Source: Hyphomicrobiales bacterium
GTDB lineage: Bacteria > Pseudomonadota > Alphaproteobacteria > Rhizobiales > Devosiaceae
Reading direction: 5' to 3'
Length of the DNA stretch: 64,000 nucleotides
Assembly: GCA_015490455.1 (NCBI GenBank)
Contig: WFXU01000024.1
Location: 13,663-77,662 of the forward strand
Made by a program: the position numbers and the translations under genes. Below the pieces are notes generated by a model. The model saw only the letters and a program-made list of their open reading frames with translations, ran no database searches and was not told the origin of the DNA. Shown piece by piece: positions 1 through 10,364 of the stretch. Every line of letters begins with the position of its first letter. Positions within the stretch are counted from its first letter, which is position 1.

Positions 1-648
1 AAATTGCTTATAGCCGATATGGATTCAACCATGATTGAGCAGGAATGTATTGATGAATTGGCAGATGCTTTAGGCTTAAAAGAAAAAGTTGCCGCTATTA
101 CCAAACAGGCAATGAATGGAGAATTGGATTTTGCTCAAGCGCTAAAGACCAGAGTAAAACTGCTTAAAGGGCTAAATAAAAAAATTATTGAAGAAGTGCG
201 AAATGAAAGAATAAGTTTGACCAGCGGGGGGCGCGCTTTGGTGCAAACAATGAAGACCTATGGCGCTCATACTATATTAATTTCCGGAGGATTTACTATT
301 TTTGCCGATTATATTGGCAAGCGAATAGGTTTTACGGAGATTATTGCCAATCAGTTGGAATTTAGCGGCGATATTTTGACCGGCACGGTAAAAGAGCCAA
401 TTATAGATTCATCTGCAAAATTATCCCATTTACAAAATATTGCCAAACAAATGAATATTTCGCTAGAAGACACGCTGGCAGTTGGTGATGGAGCCAATGA
501 TCTACCAATGATAAAGGTAGCCGGATTGGGGGTAGCAATGCACGCTAAACCAATAGTTGCAAAAGAGGCTGACATAAGAATAAACCACGCAGATTTAACC
601 GCCCTATTATATTTACAAGGCTATAATGAAGAGGAAATCATCAGATAG
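1..648 (+). CDS. serB: Phosphoserine phosphatase (HAD superfamily), 5' end cut by the window edge
   Basis: The frame is open to nt 1. HAD motif I DMDST is near the start and motif III GDGANDLPM near the C-terminus. Size and tail fit SerB. Confidence 0.85.
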   Translation, partial: KLLIADMDSTMIEQECIDELADALGLKEKVAAITKQAMNGELDFAQALKTRVKLLKGLNKKIIEEVRNERISLTSGGRALVQTMKTYGAHTILISGGFTIFADYIGKRIGFTEIIANQLEFSGDILTGTVKEPIIDSSAKLSHLQNIAKQMNISLEDTLAVGDGANDLPMIKVAGLGVAMHAKPIVAKEADIRINHADLTALLYLQGYNEEEIIR

Positions 649-679
649 GCCAGAATTATAGCAATATTATAAACGGTGA

Positions 680-877
680 TTAAGCCGAACCAAAGCCTTT
701 TAACATATATAAAACCAATAAGCCAATTGCAGCAATTATCAGAGCAAAAATACGCACCTCTGAGTTCGGGGCTTGCAATATTTGTCTAATTGCTCCCTTC
801 ATTTGTTCTGGAAAGGCTGCATAAAGCAGCCCTTCAATAATCATAATAAGCGCCAAAGCATAAAATAAATCATTCAT
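680..877 (-). CDS. Small membrane protein, DUF2065/YjeT-like
   Basis: 65 aa with two hydrophobic helices. It lies immediately downstream of hflC and shares 1 nt with it, the same position YjeT holds in hflK-hflC-yjeT operons. Confidence 0.55.
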   Translation of the reverse strand: MNDLFYALALIMIIEGLLYAAFPEQMKGAIRQILQAPNSEVRIFALIIAAIGLLVLYMLKGFGSA

Positions 878-1767
878 TATCGTCCACTCAATGAGGATGA
901 GTCACCCGTTGAACCACCAAAATATTGGAAAAACTCACTATCGGGCGATAAGAGCATAGTAGTATCTTTACCCAAAGATTGACGATATGATTGCATAGAG
1001 CGATAAAATTCAAAAAACTCTACATCTTTAGAAAAAGCCTCAGCGAAAACAGCATTTCGTTGCGCATCACCCTCACCGCGAATAATCTCACTATCGCGTC
1101 GAGCCTCAGCGACAATTTCAACCGCTTGCCTATCGGCAACAGCGCGCAACTTTTGCGCCTGCTCTCGTCCACGAGCACGTAATGCTGCCGCTTCTGCCAA
1201 ACGCTCTGCCTTCATTCTATCGTAGGTTTGTGCAGAAACCTGCTCGGTTAGGTCGGTGCGTAAAATTCTAACATCAATAACCTTAATGCCAATTTCAGCC
1301 AGATCTGGAACTATCAAATCACGTGCTTCGCGCATCATTTCAGTGCGCTGTTCAGATAGAGCGGCATTAAAATCACGCAAACCATAAACACGACGAAGCG
1401 CCGATTCTAAACGAGTATTAATACGCTGTTCGGCTAATCTGAGGTCTCCTAAGACAGATTCACGAAATAATTGAGGATTGATAATGCGATAGGTAAGAAA
1501 AGCATCAACTTTATAGAATTTACCACCCTTAACCTGTAGTGTAATATCCTCAAGATCATAACGAATGAGTCTATCCTCAATAATCTGCACATTGTCAACA
1601 ATGGTAGTTGGTAATTTGAAATAAAGTCCTGGCTCTGAATGAACCTTTGTTATTTCGCCAAAACGTGTAACAATTGCCTGCTCCCTTTCATTCAAAACAA
1701 AAATTGAAGAGAAAAATAAATAAGCAGCGCCAACGAGGATAATTCCTAAAACAACTAATTTATTCAT
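877..1767 (-). CDS. hflC: Protease modulator HflC (SPFH/band-7 family)
   Basis: N-terminal TM helix, SPFH core and a coiled-coil Ala/Arg/Glu-rich tail. It directly follows hflK. Confidence 0.9.
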   Translation of the reverse strand: MNKLVVLGIILVGAAYLFFSSIFVLNEREQAIVTRFGEITKVHSEPGLYFKLPTTIVDNVQIIEDRLIRYDLEDITLQVKGGKFYKVDAFLTYRIINPQLFRESVLGDLRLAEQRINTRLESALRRVYGLRDFNAALSEQRTEMMREARDLIVPDLAEIGIKVIDVRILRTDLTEQVSAQTYDRMKAERLAEAAALRARGREQAQKLRAVADRQAVEIVAEARRDSEIIRGEGDAQRNAVFAEAFSKDVEFFEFYRSMQSYRQSLGKDTTMLLSPDSEFFQYFGGSTGDSSSLSGR

Positions 1768-1769
1768 AA

Positions 1770-2837
1770 TTAATTACTCCCCTCTGTTTTGCGCAATTCG
1801 TTTAATGGCAAATAAGGAACAATACCCGAACCGCTAGTTCCATCTTCTACAATTATTTTGTTTGAATCGCCAATTACCTCTTCCATCGTCTCAAGAAATA
1901 AACGCTTGCGCGTAACATTTGGAGCCTTTTTATATTCCTCAAATACGGAAAGAAAACGCTTAGCCTCACCTTCCGCTTCTTTTACTACCCTATCCTTATA
2001 GGCGGCAGCTTCCTCACGTAATTGCGCAGCCTGCCCGCGCGCCTCTCCCAACAAGGTTGCAGCATATTGGCGTGCCTCTTCTTGGAAACGATCTTCATCT
2101 TGTTCAGCCCGCTGCACCTCATCAAAAGCATCGGCAACTTCAGCAGGAGGAGCAACATTCTCAATAGAGATAGAACTAATCGTTATTCCAGCCTTGTAAG
2201 TTTCCAAAATTGATTGAGCAATTTCCTTTACCTCAACGGCAATGCCTGCGCGGTCATCACGAAATACATCTTGCGCGGAACGGCGACCCGTAACTTCACG
2301 CATAGCGCTTTCTGATACTTTTCTGACCATCTCGTCTGGGTCTCGCACATTAAATAAATATTGCTGCGGATCGGTAATTCGCCAAAGAATGGAAAAAGCC
2401 ACATCAACAATATTTTGATCTCCCGTCAGCATTAATCCTTCTCCAACTCCTCTACCTCCGCCAATAGAAGATATGCGGGTTTGATTTTCGGTTATCATCA
2501 CTTTTTCAACCGTTTCTAAAGGCCAAAAATGAAAATGCAAACCGGGCTGGCTCAATTGCTGTTTTGGCTTCCCTAAAAATAGCTCTACACCAACCTCCTG
2601 CGGAGCTACAGTATAGACCGACTTAAACAGCCATAAAACTATAACCGCAAGCAGTACACCTATGAAGAAAAATTTTCCACCCGGTAAATCTCCCTTAAAT
2701 TGTTCACGTCCCTTATTTAGTAATTCTTCTAAATTTGGTGGATTAGAACCACTCCGACGCGGACCACCGCTGGAAGGTCTTTTTGGTCCTTTTGGCCCCT
2801 GACCCCATGGGCCTCCCGAATTATTATCCCAAGACAT
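1770..2837 (-). CDS. hflK: Protease modulator HflK (SPFH/band-7 family)
   Basis: Gly/Pro-rich N-terminus (MSWDNNSGGPWGQGPKGP), one TM helix and an SPFH domain. It is paired with hflC. Confidence 0.9.
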   Translation of the reverse strand: MSWDNNSGGPWGQGPKGPKRPSSGGPRRSGSNPPNLEELLNKGREQFKGDLPGGKFFFIGVLLAVIVLWLFKSVYTVAPQEVGVELFLGKPKQQLSQPGLHFHFWPLETVEKVMITENQTRISSIGGGRGVGEGLMLTGDQNIVDVAFSILWRITDPQQYLFNVRDPDEMVRKVSESAMREVTGRRSAQDVFRDDRAGIAVEVKEIAQSILETYKAGITISSISIENVAPPAEVADAFDEVQRAEQDEDRFQEEARQYAATLLGEARGQAAQLREEAAAYKDRVVKEAEGEAKRFLSVFEEYKKAPNVTRKRLFLETMEEVIGDSNKIIVEDGTSGSGIVPYLPLNELRKTEGSN

Positions 2838-2906
2838 ATATGCCCCTTTCTGTTAAATCTATGAGCAGATATATAGGCCTAAAACGCCCATCTATCAATG
2901 AGTGAT

Positions 2907-3416
2907 TTAAGATTTCCTACTATATTCAATCACTTTATATTCAGCATTATCCTTAGCCGATTTTCTTATAGCTATTTCTTTTTGAAAAGGCCACTTAGCT
3001 TTTTCAATTTTTGGAAAAAAACTATCGCCCCTTGGCGTTAAATCAACATGGCTAATATATAATCTATCCGCTATTGACATTGCTTGTTCATATATTGTCG
3101 CTCCGCCAATAATCATAATTTCTTTTTGTTTTGTGGATTTTGCAATAGATTTCGCTCTTTTTATGGCTTCCTCAAGTGAGTTAACAACTATTGCCCCTTC
3201 AGGTTGATATTTATTCTGTTTACTAATGATAATATTAGTTCGCTTCACTAATGGCTTACCTATTGATTCAAATGTTTTGCGCCCCATTATTATCGGCTTA
3301 TTAATGGTTATATTCTTAAAAAAGGCAAAATCCGACGGTAAATACCAGGGAATTTCCCCTTTCCAGCCAATTACACCATTTTTTGCCACCGCTGCAATCA
3401 GCACTATTTCACACAT
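2907..3416 (-). CDS. folA: Dihydrofolate reductase
   Basis: 169 aa. It has the motifs VAKNGVIGWKGEIPW and GRKTFESIG and lies next to thyA. Confidence 0.9.
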   Translation of the reverse strand: MCEIVLIAAVAKNGVIGWKGEIPWYLPSDFAFFKNITINKPIIMGRKTFESIGKPLVKRTNIIISKQNKYQPEGAIVVNSLEEAIKRAKSIAKSTKQKEIMIIGGATIYEQAMSIADRLYISHVDLTPRGDSFFPKIEKAKWPFQKEIAIRKSAKDNAEYKVIEYSRKS

Positions 3417-3523
3417 TAGTCACTTTTCTCCTAACCCTCACAAATACGCAATTTGGTTATTTATTATTTATATTAACTGCAAATAATTAAGTTGCCAGAG
3501 ATAAAATCGCTAAAATCAGCCCA

Positions 3524-4318
3524 TTATACAGCTATTGGCGCCTTTATGCTTTGATGTGGATTGTAATCAATAATTCTAAAATCCTCATATTTATAATCGG
3601 TTAGTTTAGTATGATGATTTAGAATCTTAAGTTTAGGCAAAGCTCTTGGCTCTCTTGATAATTGTAATTTCGCCTGCTCAAAATGATTAGAATATATATG
3701 TGCGTCTCCCAATATATGGATAAATTCGCCAACCTTTAGCCCCACAATATCGGCAATCATATGGGTTAATAGAGCGTAAGAGGCGATATTAAAGGGCACG
3801 CCCAAGAAAATATCCGCTGAGCGCTGGTAAAGCTGGCAACTTAATTTGCCATTTGCAACATAAAATTGAAATAAACAATGACAGGGAGGCAATGCCATAT
3901 TATCTATTTCGGCGGGGTTCCAGGCACTTACAATATGGCGGCGGCTATCCGGGTTAGACTTTATTCCAGCAACCAATTTTTCTATCTGATCAATCGCTCC
4001 ACCCTTTCCATCAGGCCAGGAGCGCCATTGAGAACCATAAACCGGCCCCAATTCTCCATTTTCATCCGCCCATTCGTCCCAAATAGTAACGCCTCTTTCT
4101 TGTAACCATTTTACATTTGTTTCACCGCGTAAAAACCATAAAAGCTCATAAATAATGGATTTAATATGTAAACGCTTAGTTGTAACTAGGGGAAAACCTT
4201 CGCTTAAGCAAAAACGCATTTGATAGCCAAAAATAGAGCGTGTGCCAACTCCTGTCCTATCGCTCTTATCATGGCCATTTTCCAGAACAAATTTTAACAA
4301 ATCAAGATATTGTTTCAT
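3524..4318 (-). CDS. thyA: Thymidylate synthase (ThyA type)
   Basis: 264 aa with [15 protein letters not shown] and the catalytic-Cys motif [13 protein letters not shown]. Confidence 0.95.
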   Translation of the reverse strand: MKQYLDLLKFVLENGHDKSDRTGVGTRSIFGYQMRFCLSEGFPLVTTKRLHIKSIIYELLWFLRGETNVKWLQERGVTIWDEWADENGELGPVYGSQWRSWPDGKGGAIDQIEKLVAGIKSNPDSRRHIVSAWNPAEIDNMALPPCHCLFQFYVANGKLSCQLYQRSADIFLGVPFNIASYALLTHMIADIVGLKVGEFIHILGDAHIYSNHFEQAKLQLSREPRALPKLKILNHHTKLTDYKYEDFRIIDYNPHQSIKAPIAV

Positions 4319-4424
4319 GCCAAAAGCAATAAATGATTCTTTTATTTATTGCGAGCAATTGCATTGCCAAAATATATTATCTCTAGCTTTATATTCATTT
4401 ATAACTATCCCACATTATCAAATA

Positions 4425-5876
4425 TTAGCTTTTGCTGATTTTACCCTGAAGCGGGATTTGCTTTATCTCTTCTTCTAGTAATTTATAAATTTCACTATTT
4501 TGCAGTTTTTCAGCAACTTTTTTTGGCATGGATAATAGAACAAATTCATCATTATTATCAGCACCAATATGTCTAATTTCCTCACTCTTAGAACTTATCA
4601 TACCGCCGGCAACCGTATGATTATTTTCCGGATCTATAATAATAAATGCCCCCATATCGTCATTTTCTTCATAACTATCAAAAATTGCTATTTCATCAAA
4701 ATGCAATTTAACTTTACCAATATTATTTAACTCAAGTCGCTCAACGTCGTGAAAAAGACCGGTTCTGAAATCCACCGCGCTATAAGGTTCAACCATAACT
4801 TTTTGGCGACGACAGGCTGATTTGAGCCAATAATATTTATTTGGAACCAGAGCATTTTCACTTAAGACAATCACATTGGCGTCAAAATGATAGCCCATCA
4901 TTGGCTTTGCCTCAATTGAGGAAATTATATCACCGCGCGCTATATCAATATTTCTATCTAAAACTAAAGTAACAGCATCTCCAGCAACCGCAGCATTACG
5001 CACCAAGTCAAAAGTGACAATCTGTAAAATATTGGCTGTTTTTTCCGATGGCAAAATAATAACACTATCACCCGGCTTTACCGCTCCACCCACTAATGTT
5101 CCCTGATAGCCACGAAAGCTCTCATTTGGGCGGCAAACACGCTGCACCGGCATACGTAAACCAACCGATTGTTTTGATTTAACATTGGCAAGTTCTAATG
5201 TTTCAAGCAGGCTGTTACCCTCATACCAGGCCATATTTTCATAATCTTTATTTACCACATTTTCTCCCTTTAAGGCAGAAATGGGAATGGAGCTAATGTT
5301 GGTTATGCCAAGAGAGAGCGCAAATTCACTAAATTCACGCGCAATATGTTCAAAACGCTCCCTATCATAATCTATTAAATCAATCTTATTAACCGCCAAA
5401 ATAAATTGCTTAATCCCCATCATAGAGCCAATCATTGTATGGCGCTTAGTTTGCTCTAAAATACCTATTCTGGCATCAACCAATAAAACAGCTAAATCTG
5501 CCTTAGTAGCACCTGTAGCCATATTGCGTGTATATTGTTCATGACCCGGACAATCAACAACAATAAAGCTACGCTTATCGGTTGAAAAATAGCGATATGC
5601 CACATCAATAGTAATGCCTTGCTCTCGTTCTGCCTGCAAGCCATCAAGCAATAGGGCAAATTCAGGCAAATTTAATTCGCTATTATTTCTTCTTCCATCT
5701 CTATATAATTTTTCTGCCTGATCGCTCTTAACCGCCTTACTATCCCATAATAGGCGACCTATTAGGGTAGATTTACCATCATCAACCGAGCCACATGTAA
5801 TAAATTTTAAGGGGCTTAATTTTCTATTTTTCTCACTTGTTGCAACCAGCTCTTTTGTTAAAGTTAAACCAGACAT
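4425..5876 (-). CDS. cysN: Sulfate adenylyltransferase subunit 1 (GTPase), no fused APS kinase
   Basis: G-domain motifs GSVDDGKST, DCPGHEQY and NKID. At 483 aa it has no CysC extension. Its start shares 1 nt with the cysD stop. Confidence 0.9.
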   Translation of the reverse strand: MSGLTLTKELVATSEKNRKLSPLKFITCGSVDDGKSTLIGRLLWDSKAVKSDQAEKLYRDGRRNNSELNLPEFALLLDGLQAEREQGITIDVAYRYFSTDKRSFIVVDCPGHEQYTRNMATGATKADLAVLLVDARIGILEQTKRHTMIGSMMGIKQFILAVNKIDLIDYDRERFEHIAREFSEFALSLGITNISSIPISALKGENVVNKDYENMAWYEGNSLLETLELANVKSKQSVGLRMPVQRVCRPNESFRGYQGTLVGGAVKPGDSVIILPSEKTANILQIVTFDLVRNAAVAGDAVTLVLDRNIDIARGDIISSIEAKPMMGYHFDANVIVLSENALVPNKYYWLKSACRRQKVMVEPYSAVDFRTGLFHDVERLELNNIGKVKLHFDEIAIFDSYEENDDMGAFIIIDPENNHTVAGGMISSKSEEIRHIGADNNDEFVLLSMPKKVAEKLQNSEIYKLLEEEIKQIPLQGKISKS

Positions 5877-6802
5877 TAAAAATACCCCTCACGTTTTTTC
5901 ATTTCCATAGATGCCGCCTGATCTTTATCAATCATTCTGCCCTCTCGTTCTGAAATTGTGGCACTATCAATCTCTGCAATTATATCGTCTAAAGTTCTTG
6001 CTTTAGATCTGACCGCTCCACTAAGTGGAAAACAGCCAAGCGTTCTAAAGCGAACATCTAAATATTGCACTTTCTCATTGGGAGCTAATTTTAATCTTTC
6101 ATCTTCTGCTAAAATTAACATTCCATCGCGCTCGACAACCGGGCGTTTTTTAGAAAAATATAAAGATACTATCGGGATATTTTCTTCCTTTATATATCGC
6201 CAAATATCAAGTTCAGTCCAATTTGAAAGAGGAAAAACCCTTACGCTCTCACCCCTTTTTATCATACCATTATAAATATTAAATAATTCGGGGCGTTGAT
6301 TGCGCGGATCCCAACGATGATTTGCTGTCCTAAAAGAATAAATCCTTTCTTTTGCCCTTGCTGGCTCTTCATCTCGGCGCGCTCCGCCAAAGGCGGCGTC
6401 ATATTCGCCAATATCCAACGCCTGGCGCAATGCTTGAGTTTTCATAATGTCAGTATAAATTGCCGAACCATGCGTGAATGGGGTTATTTCTTCTGTTTTT
6501 GCGCGCGGATTAGTATAAGCGACCAAATCAAGCCCATATTGCTTTACTATTCCATCGCGAAATTTAATCATTTCCTTAAATTTCCAGCCAGTATCAATAT
6601 GTAATAGGGGGAAAGGAATTTTGCCCGGAAAAAATGCTTTACGCGCCAAATGTAGCAAAACCGCAGAATCTTTACCCACAGAATAAAGCAAAACCGGCCT
6701 TTCAAACTCTGCCGCAACCTCGCGAAAAATAAAAATAGCCTCATTTTCAAGAGCTTTTAAGTGCGGATCAAGGGGCGGTTTTTGTTTTATATCTTCACTC
6801 AT
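5876..6802 (-). CDS. cysD: Sulfate adenylyltransferase subunit 2
   Basis: PP-loop motif SVGKDS, 308 aa, lying between cysH and cysN with overlapping junctions. Confidence 0.92.
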   Translation of the reverse strand: MSEDIKQKPPLDPHLKALENEAIFIFREVAAEFERPVLLYSVGKDSAVLLHLARKAFFPGKIPFPLLHIDTGWKFKEMIKFRDGIVKQYGLDLVAYTNPRAKTEEITPFTHGSAIYTDIMKTQALRQALDIGEYDAAFGGARRDEEPARAKERIYSFRTANHRWDPRNQRPELFNIYNGMIKRGESVRVFPLSNWTELDIWRYIKEENIPIVSLYFSKKRPVVERDGMLILAEDERLKLAPNEKVQYLDVRFRTLGCFPLSGAVRSKARTLDDIIAEIDSATISEREGRMIDKDQAASMEMKKREGYF

Positions 6803-7587
6803 AATTTGCCCATTTTTTTAATTTCTTTTATTTTGCTATCAGTGGGAAAAATGTCGGAATTTTTAGGGGTAAAATGTAACCCGCACTCCTTCTTATCATC
6901 ATTTTCCCACCACCAACGCCCCGCCCTTTCACTTTCGCCATTCCTTATGGCTCGCGTGCATGGTTCACAACCAATTGAGGGATAGTTTTTTTTATGTAAT
7001 GGATTTATCGGAATATTATTATTCTTTATAAATTCATCCATTTTGCCTTTTGTTAAATCGGCAAGCGGACTAAATTTTATCAAATCATATTCATAATCAT
7101 AAATGGCAAATTCTATGTTTGAGCGTATATTAGATTGTCCAGAACGCAACCCCGTAATCCAAACATCAGCCCCTTTAAGCGCCCTTTTTAACGGCTCAAT
7201 TTTGCGCACAAAACAACATGCTTTTCTCGCTTTTATGCTCTCATAAAAACCATTCAAACCATACTGCTTGATATAATCATTCAGTAATTTTTCATTAGGA
7301 GCAAATTCAATAATATTTATATTCAATTGTTCCTTAGTCGTTTTGATCAGCTCAAGCGTTTGCGGAAATAGCCTACCAGTTTGCAGGGTAATAATTTTTA
7401 TTTTTTTCCTATTTTTTTCTTCCTTTGCAATGAAAAAGCTAATCAGCTGATCTTCAAGCCCAAGACTTGTGGTAAAAATTATATTTGCAAAATTTTCAGC
7501 GATAAAATTTATGCGCTGCGAAATAGATAAATTCTCAATTAGCGAACTTAATTTTTGCGATAAATTTATTTTGTCTTTTTTATTCAT
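6799..7587 (-). CDS. cysH: Adenylyl-/phosphoadenylyl-sulfate reductase, Fe-S (APS reductase-like) type
   Basis: C-terminal ECGLH signature plus cysteine pairs KACCFV and GCEPCT, which are typical of Fe-S APS reductases. ATGA overlap with cysD. Confidence 0.85.
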   Translation of the reverse strand: MNKKDKINLSQKLSSLIENLSISQRINFIAENFANIIFTTSLGLEDQLISFFIAKEEKNRKKIKIITLQTGRLFPQTLELIKTTKEQLNINIIEFAPNEKLLNDYIKQYGLNGFYESIKARKACCFVRKIEPLKRALKGADVWITGLRSGQSNIRSNIEFAIYDYEYDLIKFSPLADLTKGKMDEFIKNNNIPINPLHKKNYPSIGCEPCTRAIRNGESERAGRWWWENDDKKECGLHFTPKNSDIFPTDSKIKEIKKMGKL

Positions 7588-7846
7588 TTTGTTTACTTAT
7601 TTTACGACACTTGCCCCCATTATCTAAAAAAAATACTTCTCTGATAAGAAACAGTTTTCTTTTTTTCACTCCCTAACTAAAAGAATCTTTTCTAATTGGC
7701 GCAAAAAATAGTTTGAATATTCTGATTTTTTAATTTTGCCACATTGTAGAAAAATAATTTCTAATTAAGCGGATAAATTTGGAATGATACGCCATGACAT
7801 TTCTAATTCCTGCTATATAATAGAATAATATTCTAAGAATAGAAAT

Positions 7847-8170
7847 TTGGTAAAATCAATGGCAAAGAAATTAGCAGCAAAAATTGTCACAGCAAATAAT
7901 CTGCTTGATGGAGAAGTTGTATATTTTACGGCCAATTTTGACTGGTCAAAAAACTATAAGGAAGCAATTATTGCATATGAAGAAGGGGAGGCAGAAAAAT
8001 TATTAGCCAAAGCAGAACTTCAACAGGATAAAATTGTTGGCGCTTATCTTGCCGATATTTCTTTTACTGCTGAGAGAGAATTTTATTTAACGCATTTTCG
8101 TGAAAAATTTAGAGCAAATAGAGATCAAATTAACTGCGCGCCAGACAAATTTAGTGCGGCAAATGGTTAG
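7847..8170 (+). CDS. DUF2849-like small protein preceding sulfite reductase
   Basis: About 105 aa (an ATG at 7859 is an alternative start). It holds the position and size of the DUF2849 gene upstream of cysI in alphaproteobacteria. Confidence 0.55.
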   Translation: MVKSMAKKLAAKIVTANNLLDGEVVYFTANFDWSKNYKEAIIAYEEGEAEKLLAKAELQQDKIVGAYLADISFTAEREFYLTHFREKFRANRDQINCAPDKFSAANG

Positions 8171-8196
8171 ATTTATACCAATGAGAGCAATGTATA

Positions 8197-9867
8197 ATGT
8201 ATATTTATAATCAGTTTGATAGGGAATTTATTGCAAGGCGAGTTGAACAATTTAGAGGGCAAATAGAAAAGCGCCTCAACGGCAGTTTGACTGAAGATGA
8301 ATTTAGACCATTACGCTTAATGAACGGTCTTTATTTACAATTACACGCCTATATGTTGCGCGTTGCAATCCCCTATGGGAGCTTAAATTCAGCGCAAATG
8401 CGCCAATTAGCCCTCATTGCCGATAAATGGGATAGGGGATATGGGCATTTTACTACCCGACAAAATATCCAGTTTAATTGGCCAAAACTTAAAGATGTTC
8501 CCGACATTCTACATGCATTAAGCCAGGTTGATATGCATGCTATTCAGACCTCCGGCAATTGTATAAGGAATATTACCAGCGATCATTTTGCTGGAAGCGC
8601 AAAAGATGAGATTGAAGATCCCCGTCCAAGCGCCGAATTATTACGCCAATATTCCAGCGATCATCCTGAATTTCAATTTTTGCCAAGAAAATTCAAAATA
8701 GGCATAACCGGCTCAAAAAATGATAGGGCTTTGATCAGATCAAATGATATTGGCATTCAGATTGTTAAAAATAAGCATGGGGAAATTGGCTATAAAATCT
8801 ATGTTGGTGGCGGTTTGGGGCGCTCTCCCTTTATTGCAAAAACTATCAGGGATTTTCTACCAAAGGCAGATTTATTACCCTATATTGAAGCTATTTTACA
8901 TATTTATAATGTTCATGGCAGGCGCGATAATAAATATAAAGCGCGGATTAAAATTCTAATCCACGAGGTGGGAATAGAGAAAATCCGCGAACAAGTAGAA
9001 GCCATATTTCAAAAACAAAAGGCAATTTTTAAGCAGCCCTCAGATAGGTTGTTAAATGAAATTAAAACCCGCTTTAGACAACCAGATTTTATAAAAAGCT
9101 CTTTTGCAAATTATGCAACAGAATTAAAAGAAAATCTGCTATTTGCTTCATTTATCAGACAAAATACAAACGAACACAAATTAGAAAATTACGCTATTCT
9201 AACCATATCATTAAAAAATATAGGTGCTGCGCCAGGTGATGCAACCTCTTCACAAATGCGAATAATTGCTGATATTGCCGAAAAATATGCCCATGATGAA
9301 ATACGTATAAGTCACGAGCAAAATATAATTTTACCGCATGTGCAAAAGACCCATTTGCCCACAATTTATGAAATGTTAAAACAGGCGGATTTAGCAACGC
9401 CAAATATTGGTCTCATATCCGATATTACCGCTTGTCCAGGATTGGATTATTGTGCCCTTGCTACTGCCAGATCCATTCCCATTGCTAAAAATATTGCAAC
9501 TTATTTTCATGAACAAAATTTAGAAAATAAAATAGGGCATATTTCCGTTAAAATTTCTGGTTGTATAAATGCTTGTGCTCACCATCATGTGGGTAATATT
9601 GGCATTTTAGGATTAGAAAAAAGTGGTATTGAAAATTATCAAATCACGCTTGGCGGAAAAGATGCTCTGGAAATGCAAATTGGGAAAAGAGCAGGAAAGG
9701 GATTTTCTAAAGCAGAAATATTGCCGGCCATAAAGCGCCTTATTGATTCTTATTTGGCGCTTAGAAAAAATGAGAATGAAACTTTTTTGCAATGTCTAAA
9801 TCGTTTAGGCAAGGTGCCCTTTATTGATGCGCTTTATCCCAAAGAGGAACAAAAAAATGTTGCTTAA
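8197..9867 (+). CDS. cysI: Sulfite reductase hemoprotein (nitrite/sulfite reductase family, siroheme-4Fe4S)
   Basis: 556 aa. Cluster-binding motifs TACPGLDYC and SGCINACAHHH. It sits in the cys gene neighbourhood. Confidence 0.88.
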   Translation: MYIYNQFDREFIARRVEQFRGQIEKRLNGSLTEDEFRPLRLMNGLYLQLHAYMLRVAIPYGSLNSAQMRQLALIADKWDRGYGHFTTRQNIQFNWPKLKDVPDILHALSQVDMHAIQTSGNCIRNITSDHFAGSAKDEIEDPRPSAELLRQYSSDHPEFQFLPRKFKIGITGSKNDRALIRSNDIGIQIVKNKHGEIGYKIYVGGGLGRSPFIAKTIRDFLPKADLLPYIEAILHIYNVHGRRDNKYKARIKILIHEVGIEKIREQVEAIFQKQKAIFKQPSDRLLNEIKTRFRQPDFIKSSFANYATELKENLLFASFIRQNTNEHKLENYAILTISLKNIGAAPGDATSSQMRIIADIAEKYAHDEIRISHEQNIILPHVQKTHLPTIYEMLKQADLATPNIGLISDITACPGLDYCALATARSIPIAKNIATYFHEQNLENKIGHISVKISGCINACAHHHVGNIGILGLEKSGIENYQITLGGKDALEMQIGKRAGKGFSKAEILPAIKRLIDSYLALRKNENETFLQCLNRLGKVPFIDALYPKEEQKNVA

Positions 9868-10249
9868 AGAAGAAACAATATTTGTGCGAAATGGGAATTT
9901 TGCAAAAGAAGATATCTATAGAGATGAAAAATCTATCACTATTGAGCCTGAGCAAAAAATAGAGGAAATTAATTTCAACAGGGATAATATTACACTGATA
10001 ATAATAAATTTTCCCCTTTTTTCAGATGGCAGAGGCTTTTCTCTTGCCAAAAAATTGCGGCTAAACGGTTTTAGGGGGATTTTACGCGCAAGGGGGCATA
10101 TTATCGCCGATCAATATCCTCTTCTCTTACGTTGTGGCTTTGATGAAGTGGAAATATCTATTCAGCTTTCTAAGCGAATTCCAGAGCAACAATGGAAAAA
10201 TGCTCTAAAAAGAATTAAAAACACCTATTTAGAGCGGCTGCAAGGATAG
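9857..10249 (+). CDS. DUF934-like protein following cysI
   Basis: About 130 aa. The ATG at 9857 overlaps the cysI stop by 11 nt; the track ORF starts at 9824. This matches the usual DUF934 partner position after alphaproteobacterial cysI. Confidence 0.55.
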   Translation: MLLKEETIFVRNGNFAKEDIYRDEKSITIEPEQKIEEINFNRDNITLIIINFPLFSDGRGFSLAKKLRLNGFRGILRARGHIIADQYPLLLRCGFDEVEISIQLSKRIPEQQWKNALKRIKNTYLERLQG

Positions 10250-10364
10250 TAGAGCACTTCCTGATTATTTTGCGCGGTTGCTTTAAGACATTATAAAAAG
10301 CAAAATATTTTCCAAATATATATTCCGCCAAATCAATTATCAGCAAATAAACAGTAGCAAATTA

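Noticed and set aside
8744-9403. Short nested or antisense ORFs inside cysI (8744..8959, 9194..9403), and similar 60-105 aa ORFs inside other well-supported genes across the window
   Set aside because: Each lies within a longer ORF that has clear family motifs and operon context. None has motif or start-signal support.
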